A model generated the notes under the pieces. That model had not been told where the DNA came from and searched no databases. It worked only from the letters and a program-made list of their open reading frames with translations. Of a stretch of DNA of 64,000 nucleotides, positions 28,364 to 36,462 are shown in pieces (position 1 is the stretch's first letter; each line of letters begins with the position of its first letter). Made by a program: the position numbers and the translations under genes. Origin of the DNA: Candidatus Woykebacteria bacterium. Lineage in GTDB: Bacteria; Patescibacteriota; Microgenomatia; Woykebacterales; RBG-16-39-9b. The stretch lies in assembly GCA_040876345.1 (NCBI GenBank), contig JBBDPM010000001.1:116688-180687 (forward strand), given 5' to 3'.

Positions 28364-28828
28364 TCAGTTGCTGCCTAGATCCAGCAAAACCTCATCTGCG
28401 TGGATAGCTGGTTTAACCTTCTCGTAAATTTTCTCTATCTTGCCAGTCTTGTCAATCAAAAATGAGGTGCGCACTACTCCCAAAAATTCTTTCCCCAGGA
28501 ATTTCCTGGGTCGATAGACATCGTAGGCCCTGGCGACTTCTTTGTTTACGTCGGCAAGTATGGTGAAAGGAAGGCCATGTTTTTGGGCAAACTTTTTGTG
28601 GCTTTCAATGCTGTCAGTGCTAATTCCCAAAACTATCGCCTTAGCACTTCCAAATTTTGGAAAGCTATCGCGGATTTGGCAGGCTTCGACCGTACAACCA
28701 GCGGTGAAATCCCTTGGGTAAAAATAAATCAGGACTTTTTTGCCAAGGTAATCAGAAAGCTTGTGATTTTTGCCGTTTTGGTCCGCTAATTCAAAATCTG
28801 GGGCTTTGTCTCCAACTGCAAGTGGCAT
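28364..28828 (-). CDS. bcp: Peroxiredoxin Bcp (thiol peroxidase)
   Basis: FYPRDFTAGCTVEAC peroxidatic Cys motif. 154 aa. Confidence 0.85.
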   Translation of the reverse strand: MPLAVGDKAPDFELADQNGKNHKLSDYLGKKVLIYFYPRDFTAGCTVEACQIRDSFPKFGSAKAIVLGISTDSIESHKKFAQKHGLPFTILADVNKEVARAYDVYRPRKFLGKEFLGVVRTSFLIDKTGKIEKIYEKVKPAIHADEVLLDLGSN

Positions 28829-28838
28829 GGTGATTTAG

Positions 28839-29210
28839 TTAATAACCAGCAGCATCGGCTTCGGCTTTGGTTTTGTGGATTGTTCCGGGTGGGTGATGGG
28901 GTGGTGAGTAGGCAGTTACTACTTTTAGATCGCCCTGTCCGGTATTAATGAAATTATGCTTGGTCCCAGCGTTTACCAAAAAAACATCGTCTTTGCTTAT
29001 TGGCTTTTCCTCCCCATTCAATATTGCTTTGCCGCTTCCTTCGACAAAATAGAGGACTTGATCGTTGTCATTGTGGGTTTCTTCACCGATTTCGCCGCCA
29101 GCCGGCATACTCATAACGACTATTTGGGTATGTACACCGGTCTCCAATACTTGACGGAAATAAGTGTTTTCCCGGGCTTTGTCAGAAATATCGTGAATAT
29201 AGCCTTTCAT
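28839..29210 (-). CDS. Cupin-domain protein
   Basis: Cupin motifs G(X)5HxH-like (PAGGEIGEETHNDNDQVLYFVEGSG) and a second conserved motif (GTKHNFIN). Confidence 0.6.
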   Translation of the reverse strand: MKGYIHDISDKARENTYFRQVLETGVHTQIVVMSMPAGGEIGEETHNDNDQVLYFVEGSGKAILNGEEKPISKDDVFLVNAGTKHNFINTGQGDLKVVTAYSPPHHPPGTIHKTKAEADAAGY

Positions 29211-29283
29211 AGTCTCTCCATAATACCACTTTTGTCCATGTACAAATCAGAGTAATTTCGCTTGAAGTGCCTAGAAAAGTTTT

Positions 29284-29427
29284 TTTACTCTTCTTTACGT
29301 TCGGGGGAGGATTTACTAAAGCTGCGGTGACACATCTGGCATTTATATGCGGTAGCGGAAGTGCTGTCTCTAGATATTTTTGATAAATCTCTACTATTGC
29401 AGTAAGGACATTTTACATCATCGGCCA
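29284..29427 (-). CDS. Small zinc-ribbon protein (47 aa). It falls below the ORF-track cutoff
   Basis: Translated by hand: MADDVKCPYCNSRDLSKISRDSTSATAYKCQMCHRSFSKSSPERKEE (CxxC..CxxC). It has its own promoter (see next feature). Confidence 0.35.
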
Positions 29428-29547
29428 TATTACTTTTTTCTTTTCTGAAGCTTTAGTGAAGAAATGCAAAAAGTTATTTCTTTTTATTCTTTTTTGGTTT
29501 TTTAACTTCTCTTTTTTGTTTACCTTGAGAATGGGCCATAGAATGTA

Positions 29548-29576
29548 ATTATACGGTCTCTAGCACTAAAAGACAA
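29548..29576 (-). promoter_or_regulatory. Sigma70-like promoter (TTGTCT-N17-TATAAT) for the small zinc-ribbon gene
   Basis: On the minus strand, a -35 TTGTCT (plus 29571-29576) and a perfect -10 TATAAT (plus 29548-29553) are separated by 17 nt. This sits just downstream of the LigD-PE stop. Confidence 0.35.
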
Positions 29577-29579
29577 GAA

Positions 29580-30206
29580 TTAGGTTTGTTTGGGGGAATT
29601 TGATATATCCGCTAGGCTCTTGTTTGTTTTTGCGGAAAAATCCAAGTCTTTGGCGTCAAAGCCCTCTTGTGCATATTTATCTTTATGCTTGATCAAAAGC
29701 CAAGCATTTTTACCTGCAAAGCCTTTGGTTTTCACCAAGGCAAAGGAGCCTTTTAATTTTTTGCCGTTTAGAAAAAATTTTAACTCTCCTTTTTCCAAAC
29801 CCGTCTTTAAAACTTTTTCCGCTTCTTTTTTGGTTTTTACTTGCACTCTTTCTCCATCCTCTTCAATTTCCGGCCAATAGGTGCCAAAGTCCCAAATTAT
29901 TACAGTTCCAGCACCATATTGCCCCTCGGGTATCACTCCTTCAAAATGTCGATAGTCCAGGGGGTGATTCTCGGTTTGCATTGCTAGTCGCTTCACCGAT
30001 GGGTCTAATGTTGGCCCTTTGGGAACAGCCCACGAGGGCATGGCTCCACCTGCTTCCAGCCGGAAATCGTAATGGAGTGCTGTGGCTTGGTGTTTCTGGA
30101 CTACATAGACTAGTTTTTTGGGGTCAATATTTTCGGATGTAAAAGGCTCAGGAGTGATATTTGGGTCTCTTTTTTCGCGGTAGGTAGAAAGCGAATCATT
30201 TAGCAT
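29580..30206 (-). CDS. Standalone LigD 3'-phosphoesterase (PE) domain protein
   Basis: VVQKHQATALHYDFRLE..SWAVPKGPTLDPSVKRLAMQTENHPLDY..FEGVIPEGQYGAGTVIIWD matches the LigD-PE core almost motif-for-motif. Confidence 0.8.
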   Translation of the reverse strand: MLNDSLSTYREKRDPNITPEPFTSENIDPKKLVYVVQKHQATALHYDFRLEAGGAMPSWAVPKGPTLDPSVKRLAMQTENHPLDYRHFEGVIPEGQYGAGTVIIWDFGTYWPEIEEDGERVQVKTKKEAEKVLKTGLEKGELKFFLNGKKLKGSFALVKTKGFAGKNAWLLIKHKDKYAQEGFDAKDLDFSAKTNKSLADISNSPKQT

Positions 30207-30289
30207 TTCCCTGGAATTTTACTGTTTGACCAGAAAAGGTGTCAAGGGAATAATTTATATCGCTCTGGCGATACGAGAGTAGATGTAAT

Positions 30290-30559
30290 CTAGCGATTAT
30301 AAATTGCGTGGGTTCCTATATTGTCAAAAACAACCACGCTGCCTTCTTCAAAGTGAAAAACTATCCTCCATTGGTATGAAACGGAAAATGAGTAAAAATC
30401 GGCCAGTTTGCCCTTCAACTTGTGAGTTTTTAACCTTGGATCGAAAACGTCCTCCTTGAATATTTGTTCTTGCTTCTTGAGAGATTTGAGTTCTGAGCTG
30501 GGAAATCTTTTCAAACTTTTGAAAAAGGCAGATGAATATTTAATCTGCTTGGGCTTCAT
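30290..30559 (-). CDS. RelE/ParE-family toxin
   Basis: LKTHKLKGKLADFYSFSVSYQWRIVFHFEEGSVVVFDNIGTHAIY fits the RelE/ParE fold signature. It overlaps the upstream antitoxin. Confidence 0.65.
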   Translation of the reverse strand: MKPKQIKYSSAFFKSLKRFPSSELKSLKKQEQIFKEDVFDPRLKTHKLKGKLADFYSFSVSYQWRIVFHFEEGSVVVFDNIGTHAIYNR

Positions 30560-30797
30560 TCCAAAGTTCCTCTAACGAGCCTTTTAACACTTTTGCCTTG
30601 CCCTCTCTTGCTTCCTCACGGCTTTGTAATACAGATAAAACCGCTTCCATCTCTGCAAGTTCCGTAGCATCGATTATTGCAACCTGGGGCTTGTTATTCT
30701 TCATTACAAATATGGGCTCCTTGGTTTTCTTCGCCTGATCGAAGATTTTTTTGTAATTACGCTGTATTTCTCTGGCAGTAGTAGTTTTTGGAAACAT
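30540..30797 (-). CDS. Phd/YefM-family antitoxin
   Basis: The N-terminus T..EIQRNYKKIFDQAKKTKEPIFVMKNNKPQVAIID is typical of Phd/YefM. 85 aa. Confidence 0.65.
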   Translation of the reverse strand: MFPKTTTAREIQRNYKKIFDQAKKTKEPIFVMKNNKPQVAIIDATELAEMEAVLSVLQSREEAREGKAKVLKGSLEELWNEAQAD

Positions 30798-30806
30798 ATT
30801 ATGTAT

Positions 30807-30835
30807 ATAATACCGTATGTAATATTATATGTCAA
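30807..30835 (-). promoter_or_regulatory. Sigma70-like promoter (TTGACA-N17-TATTAT) immediately upstream of the yefM-like ATG, embedded in an AT-rich imperfect palindrome
   Basis: On the minus strand, the -35 TTGACA is at plus 30830-30835 and the -10 TATTAT at plus 30807-30812. The ATG at 30797 is about 10 nt downstream of the -10, implying a leaderless or near-leaderless transcript. The palindrome is a plausible autoregulatory operator. Confidence 0.4.
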
Positions 30836-30940
30836 TAAAGTTTGGGCGTTTTAAGCTTGTTCCTATCATAAATTGAGACTAAGAAGCGAGGGTAAAATTG
30901 GGTTCTCTCCTTTCCGCCAAAAGGTGACCCATATCCCTCT

Positions 30941-31258
30941 TCAGCCTGATACGTACTCCTTTGCTAGTTTCTTAACCTCCGCCATCACCTCCTTGTCTGT
31001 GATACGAAACGGATGTTTGTGAATCTCGCACCAGCCGTTTGGGCCGTAATTGTGCTCCGGATGGTGTTTCGCAAGCGGGTTTCCGTATGCCTCGAATCCG
31101 AGATCGGTTACGAGGCCGACTGCGAAATCCTGAAACACAAATGCCCCCTCATCCAAGGGAGAATCGCACGCTATCTCCAGGTGAAGGTAGAGCTCGCCGT
31201 CTTTACTGTAGAACCAGATATGCCTAATCTGGTTCTGCTCATCCTTTGCTGTCGCCAC
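30941..31258 (-). CDS. Hypothetical protein in a GC-enriched patch
   Basis: GTG start preceded by GGAGAGAGGAGG. 105 aa, about 50% GC against about 40% background. No recognised motif. Confidence 0.4.
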   Translation of the reverse strand: MATAKDEQNQIRHIWFYSKDGELYLHLEIACDSPLDEGAFVFQDFAVGLVTDLGFEAYGNPLAKHHPEHNYGPNGWCEIHKHPFRITDKEVMAEVKKLAKEYVSG

Positions 31259-31345
31259 GGGAAGCCTCCTCTCTCCAATTTGTTGATTGCTACAAGGCTG
31301 TGCTGGGAAGAGATCTTATCATATTTGAAGCTAAAAAGCGAGGTT

Positions 31346-31819
31346 TTATCTTTCCAAATTGAAATAACCGATTGTGAAGGGGAGACCGGGAATGATACGC
31401 AGATGGATTTTACCTAAATAAACTCCAGGTTCGGTTTCTACTATCTCATCCAGAAGAGTTCGCAGCCAAATGGGGTTTCCAGAAACATTGTAGTTTAATT
31501 TTAAAACTCCTATATTTTTATCTTGTAAACCTTTTCCCTCGGAAGTTTTAAATTTGTAGCGCTCTGAATCTTCTATTTTGTTAACCCCGCTGTTTTCCGC
31601 AGCATTAAAAATTTTCCCTTTCCAAGAAAGACTGTCCCGACCGTTAACAGAACCTTTGTAAAATCCGTCTAGTTTTGGAGAGGGAAGTTTTCCGGAAAGG
31701 AATATTTTTTGGTTATCACTGTGCTGAATTTTCCAAGTTCGGTAAAGGGCGAACAGAATAGATAGAATGACTATTATTAGAATAATGATTGGGATTAACT
31801 TAAAAAACTTAAATGTCAT
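31346..31819 (-). CDS. Hypothetical membrane-anchored protein
   Basis: 157 aa with an N-terminal TM helix (LIPIIILIIVILSILFALY). Confidence 0.4.
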   Translation of the reverse strand: MTFKFFKLIPIIILIIVILSILFALYRTWKIQHSDNQKIFLSGKLPSPKLDGFYKGSVNGRDSLSWKGKIFNAAENSGVNKIEDSERYKFKTSEGKGLQDKNIGVLKLNYNVSGNPIWLRTLLDEIVETEPGVYLGKIHLRIIPGLPFTIGYFNLER

Positions 31820-31959
31820 TGGATTTGTCTTGGCTCCTTAAAATTCTAAAGAATACTGTGACTATTTCATAGACTACAAATACTAATCTGAAAAGCGAGA
31901 GTGGGAGAGGGCAGGCTGGCAGCTCTGTGATCCCTCTACCAGTTGGTTTTCGCGTGAAT

Positions 31960-32709
31960 CTAGGCCTCGGTTGCCATGAGTGCCATGAGTATTTCTATGG
32001 CGGCCCGAGGTGGATTGAGGATGAGCCAGTCGTGACCAGTATCCTTGATGATCCGAGGCTCTACCCCAAGGGCTTCACAGATTGGCTCCCATGGGAAGTA
32101 CTCGTCGTTCTCTGCCCAGAGTACGGCAACTTCCGTTTGGAGGTTGGGTAGCACCTCAAGTAGGTTGCAGCGAACAGTCATCTGGAAAGTTCGCAGCATC
32201 CAAGTTGGGTGCTTGAGGTGGTTAGCCAGGAACGAAAGCACCACTTTCGCCGCTTGCCGCCGCTGACCCTTCCGGAAACTTCGCCAAGTTTTCTGGCGCC
32301 CCACGTTTAGCCAACCAAAGGTGGAACGCCGCACTCGACCGCCAGCGGTATCAACCAGGACAAGCTTGGCTACCCTTTCCGGGTAGTGCCTTGCAACTTC
32401 GGCTGCTACGGAACCACCCATGGAGTGACCAACAAGGCGGACTTTCGTAGCTCCGAGATGGTCGATTATTCCCACCACAATCTCGGCGAAGCGCCCAAGG
32501 TCAGCCAAGACCAAGGCGTCACTTTTTCCGTGGCCTGGTTGGTCTGGGATGATGACAAAGAAGGAGTTCGAAAGCAGCTCACCCACCAACTCAAATAGAG
32601 ACGCTTGGGCCGACCAGCCGTGGATGATCATTGCCGCTGGGTTTGTTGGGTCTCCTGCCGTCAGATAAGAGACCAAGCAGCCGTCGACGGAGACTTGACT
32701 CCTTTGCAT
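31960..32709 (-). CDS. Alpha/beta hydrolase in a GC-rich (about 57%) patch, probably horizontally acquired
   Basis: HGW oxyanion motif, GHSMGG nucleophile elbow, strong SD (AGGAGAGG) before the ATG. The 3' flank has a hairpin AGAGGG..CCCTCT. Confidence 0.75.
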   Translation of the reverse strand: MQRSQVSVDGCLVSYLTAGDPTNPAAMIIHGWSAQASLFELVGELLSNSFFVIIPDQPGHGKSDALVLADLGRFAEIVVGIIDHLGATKVRLVGHSMGGSVAAEVARHYPERVAKLVLVDTAGGRVRRSTFGWLNVGRQKTWRSFRKGQRRQAAKVVLSFLANHLKHPTWMLRTFQMTVRCNLLEVLPNLQTEVAVLWAENDEYFPWEPICEALGVEPRIIKDTGHDWLILNPPRAAIEILMALMATEA

Positions 32710-32799
32710 GACCTCTCCTATGCGAAGTTATCTCTCTGCCCGAGTATTCAGTTGTCAGGGGAATTATACCTTAGCTTGTAAAATAAGTAGAGGAAGAGC

Positions 32800-33201
32800 C
32801 TAAAGGGAAGGGTTTTTAGGCAGGTATTTAAGGGCAAATTGGTGGGCTTGGGCCTCTTGAATAGTTGTTTCTCTTTTAGTTTGCGGAGCAAGAATGGCGT
32901 TTTTGTGACCGAGCATCACGTGCCCAATTTCGTGGGCAACAGTGTAGTGTTGATCGTATTTATCCTGCTCAAAAAGCTCATCTCCCAGGAAAACTAGGTG
33001 TTTATTCCCAAGATCTTTACTATCCAACACAAAACCCCAAGCGTCATCAAAAGAAGATATGAACCAGACATTTGCGGAAATAAAGTTGATTATTTCTTTT
33101 GGGAAAAGGAGAAGTGTTTCGCAAACAAGAAGCTGCATCTTTGCGTTACCAACAAGCTTACCACTAAATCTCTTTTTTATCTTTTCAAGCTCTGGGCCCA
33201 T
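32800..33201 (-). CDS. Putative zinc metallopeptidase (HExxH, ImmA/IrrE- or DUF955-like)
   Basis: HEIGHVMLGH motif in a 133-aa protein. There is no adjacent HTH partner. Confidence 0.45.
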   Translation of the reverse strand: MGPELEKIKKRFSGKLVGNAKMQLLVCETLLLFPKEIINFISANVWFISSFDDAWGFVLDSKDLGNKHLVFLGDELFEQDKYDQHYTVAHEIGHVMLGHKNAILAPQTKRETTIQEAQAHQFALKYLPKNPSL

Positions 33202-33212
33202 TCAGATATGGT

Positions 33213-33551
33213 TTATATTGCAAAGATTATCAAAATCAACACCAAAATTATCAAAAATGAATATAGCAAGGTGTAGGAGAGGGTTGCAAGAGCCTCTTTT
33301 ATCTTGTTGTTTAGGGCTAAATATACTGGTAGTCCAAATACTAAGGAGCCGGTGATCGCGGCTGAGAAAACGAACAGCACCAGAATTAGGAAAACGCCAA
33401 TATATCCGGGCTCCATATTGCCTTTCTCGATGAAGAACATAAAAGCGCCAACCAAGGCGCAGTAGGCGGTTAATCCTAAAGCTTGACCAAGCCCCGCCAG
33501 AGCTGGATGCACCTCACCTTTTAAGAGTTTATCCATGTTTAAATTATACAA
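33213..33551 (-). CDS. Hypothetical membrane protein
   Basis: 112 aa with 3 TM helices. Confidence 0.4.
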   Translation of the reverse strand: MYNLNMDKLLKGEVHPALAGLGQALGLTAYCALVGAFMFFIEKGNMEPGYIGVFLILVLFVFSAAITGSLVFGLPVYLALNNKIKEALATLSYTLLYSFLIILVLILIIFAI

Positions 33552-33559
33552 GATTTTTG

Positions 33560-34282
33560 TTATTTTATTACAGACTTAAGATAATATTGTCTTTTTCCTT
33601 CAGGAAAATGTTCGATAGAGTAACGAAGGGCAGTGCGGGGCATGGTGGCGGCGTGTTTATCAAGAAAATTGGTCAAGTCCTTTTCACTGCAGCGTTTGCC
33701 AACTTCCCGCAGCATCCAACCAACTGCTTTTTGGATTAGATCATGCTTGTCGTCAATCAAAATCTCGGCTATCTTCAACGCATCTTTAGGGTCACCTTGG
33801 GCAATAAAATAAGAAGTCGCTACCATGGCAATTCTTCTTTCCCACAGGTTTTTAGACTTTGCCAGCTTGTATAAAATGTCTTTTGACCTGTTCTCTAGGT
33901 ACGGGCCGACAATATAACCAGCTGATGAATCAACCAAATCCCAGTTATTCACCCAGCCAGTATTTGCTAAATAAAATTCGTAAATTTCTTTCTGGATTTT
34001 GCTGTCGTTTTGTTTAACAGCTGCCTTGAATTGATTCACAAGGATTATCAACGCCACTAAGCGCTCTTCGTGAATTGGGGATTTGAAGAGTTGTTCGGCT
34101 TTGGTTAGCGGCAAATCTTTGTATTTTTTCGCGATCAATCGCTGCTCCGGCACGGTAACGCCGATAAATTTATCACCCTCGCCGTATTGCCCCTTATCTG
34201 TTTTAAAAAACCACTCTGACGCTTTTGCTTTTTGAGGGGTGGCTAATTCTTGAAGGTCTTTTTTTAACTGTTCGATCATCAC
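33560..34282 (-). CDS. AlkD-like DNA alkylation repair glycosylase (HEAT-like repeats)
   Basis: Pattern ..WNLWERRIAMVATSYF.. and ..KAVGWMLREVGK.. typical of the DNA_alkylation (AlkC/AlkD) family. 240 aa. Confidence 0.75.
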   Translation of the reverse strand: MMIEQLKKDLQELATPQKAKASEWFFKTDKGQYGEGDKFIGVTVPEQRLIAKKYKDLPLTKAEQLFKSPIHEERLVALIILVNQFKAAVKQNDSKIQKEIYEFYLANTGWVNNWDLVDSSAGYIVGPYLENRSKDILYKLAKSKNLWERRIAMVATSYFIAQGDPKDALKIAEILIDDKHDLIQKAVGWMLREVGKRCSEKDLTNFLDKHAATMPRTALRYSIEHFPEGKRQYYLKSVIK

Positions 34283-34353
34283 CCAGGTATTTTATATGAT
34301 TTTTTTGGGATCGTGAAGTGGTCTGAGTTGGATAGCGTCCTTGTCTACCCAAC

Positions 34354-34638
34354 TCAGCGGTACGGGTGTCGGCGGCAATAGTCGCAGAGCAGGCGGCTCG
34401 TTCTCCAGATCAAAAACCAGCTGCTGTGATTGCACGGTAGTTGGCTGCCGTACTCGGTATTCTTGCGCCCGCTTCCATAGCAGGGTGTGCATGTTTTGAC
34501 GCCCGTGGTCTTACCGCACTGCCCACATCTCGTCACTGGCCGTATCCGACCCCAGCGTACGATGGGCAAGAGGAGCAAGACCCCAACGAGTATCAGTACC
34601 GACAATTCGAGTGGCATCTCGATTGCGATTATTGGCAT
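34354..34638 (-). CDS. Small TM protein with CxxC pairs, in a GC-rich (about 57%) patch
   Basis: Strong SD GGAAGGAGG 6 nt before the ATG. TM helix, then CGQCGKTTG..CTPCYGSG (the second matches the DnaJ-type CxxCxGxG motif). The C-terminal third of the ORF may be read-through. Confidence 0.4.
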   Translation of the reverse strand: MPIIAIEMPLELSVLILVGVLLLLPIVRWGRIRPVTRCGQCGKTTGVKTCTPCYGSGRKNTEYGSQLPCNHSSWFLIWRTSRLLCDYCRRHPYR

Positions 34639-34695
34639 TTCCGACCTCCTTCCGACTATATTTTATAAAACCTGTAGTAAAATTATGGAGTTTAG

Positions 34696-35496
34696 TTAGA
34701 TTTTAAGGTCTCTTTTTTGGAAAGAGACGATGCTGATTAGGAGAAATACCAAGGTTACAGCAATAAACACGGCCATATGTTCCAACTTTAAGCCATTCTT
34801 CAGTGGGTTATTTTCACTGTAATAGTAGGAAAGCGAAAATTTTTGATAATCTTTGAGAAAATTTACTATTGGGGAGAGGCCATATAGAAAAAAGCTAATG
34901 ACTGCTAAAGAAGCGCTTATCCCGATACCTATCGAACGGCTTCCAGTGGCAGCACTTAAAGCTAAAGAAATTGATCCAAAAGCAAGGGCAAGTAGAGACA
35001 CACTAATCATAACATCGACTATCCGCATTGGGTTAACGTCCATGCCGATTGATTGGGTTCCGATTATTAAAGAAATTGCTGTAATAGATGACAATATTGC
35101 CGTAGTTAAAATCATTAAAATAAATTTTTCGACAACTACCTGAAAGCGAGGAATAGGATTGGCCAAAAGAAGGTCCAGAGTGCCTTTATCTTCCTCACCA
35201 GCGATTGCTCCGCTGCCGGCGGCCACAGTGAAAATTATCAAGAGGGTTGGCATAAAGAAAGTAAAAAGTTCGCTGTTCAAGTATCCGGCCGGGGTGGCGT
35301 AATCAGTCGCCTCTCCAACAAATGCTCTAAGCGCTTCTGGCAAGTTCTCAAAATATGAGGTTATATTCTGAGCGCTCTCTTTAACACTAGGGTAAAAAGC
35401 GATAAGAAGAGAAACAGTAAGAATTAGTCCAATACTCCAGAACAACAAGGATATCTTTTGGTCTTTTAGATTTCTGAATATTATATTGCCAATCAT
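34696..35496 (-). CDS. ABC-2 family transporter permease
   Basis: 266 aa with 6 TM helices. Overlaps the ATPase gene by 4 nt. Confidence 0.65.
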   Translation of the reverse strand: MIGNIIFRNLKDQKISLLFWSIGLILTVSLLIAFYPSVKESAQNITSYFENLPEALRAFVGEATDYATPAGYLNSELFTFFMPTLLIIFTVAAGSGAIAGEEDKGTLDLLLANPIPRFQVVVEKFILMILTTAILSSITAISLIIGTQSIGMDVNPMRIVDVMISVSLLALAFGSISLALSAATGSRSIGIGISASLAVISFFLYGLSPIVNFLKDYQKFSLSYYYSENNPLKNGLKLEHMAVFIAVTLVFLLISIVSFQKRDLKI

Positions 35497-36392
35497 GACT
35501 TTTCTTTATCCACGTAGTAGGTGAGAAATAGCTCCTCTAAGTTTGGTTCTTGACTTATAATATTTACCACTTCATATTTCGCGATTTCCTTTACAAAAGA
35601 ATCCAGAGTTCCGACAACGGTGCAACGCAGTAGATTGCCCTCTACCCTTACGTCTTGTACACCTTCAATTTTTGAAAACTCTTCTAGTTTTGGAGCTTTA
35701 GAAAAATGAACTTCCAGGGGACGGAGGGCTTTTTCTCTTAGAGTCTCAACCCTTTCAACAATTGCAAGCTCCCCTTCGCGAATTATACCCACCCGGTCAC
35801 AAATTTTTTCTACTTCGGGGAGATTATGCGATGAGATAAAAAAAGTAGTGCCCATCCCTTTAGTCTCACTGACTAAATGGTAAAACTCGTGCTGAATAAG
35901 GGGATCGAGACCAGAGGTTGGCTCGTCTAAAATTACAAGCTTTGGTTTGTGCATGAAAGCTTGAATAAGGCCGATTTTTTGCTTGTTGCCGTGGGACATT
36001 TTTTTAATTTTCTGGTGAAGATCTACTTTCAGGCGGCTGCGTAGTTTTTCAACGTATTTCCAATCTACGCCATCTCTAAATTTTGCTAAAAACTTCAAAA
36101 TTTCTGTGCCAGTTAGGTTTTCGTACAAGCTAAGGTCTCCTGGCAAGTAGCCAACAAGCCTTTTTATTTCAACGCTATTTTTGTGAGAATCTAGACCAAA
36201 GATTTCAGTCTGACCTTGGCTTGGCCTCATAAAGTCTAGAAGAACTCGGATAGTAGTTGTTTTACCGGCACCGTTAGGGCCAAGGTAACCAAAAACTTCT
36301 CCTTGAATCACACTGAAGTTTAGGTCAACGACACCTCTTTGTTTTCCGTAGGATTTTGTGAGGCCCTTTACTTTGATCGCGTCATCTGCCAT
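35493..36392 (-). CDS. ABC transporter ATP-binding protein
   Basis: Walker A GPNGAGKTT, a signature-like motif (SHGNKQK), Walker B LVILDEPTSGLD, and an H-loop. Confidence 0.85.
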   Translation of the reverse strand: MADDAIKVKGLTKSYGKQRGVVDLNFSVIQGEVFGYLGPNGAGKTTTIRVLLDFMRPSQGQTEIFGLDSHKNSVEIKRLVGYLPGDLSLYENLTGTEILKFLAKFRDGVDWKYVEKLRSRLKVDLHQKIKKMSHGNKQKIGLIQAFMHKPKLVILDEPTSGLDPLIQHEFYHLVSETKGMGTTFFISSHNLPEVEKICDRVGIIREGELAIVERVETLREKALRPLEVHFSKAPKLEEFSKIEGVQDVRVEGNLLRCTVVGTLDSFVKEIAKYEVVNIISQEPNLEELFLTYYVDKEKS

Positions 36393-36462
36393 CGAAAGCT
36401 AGTTTAACACTAAATTTTTTAAACGCCAATAAGTAGCAAATTTTGGAGAGAAGAGTTATATT

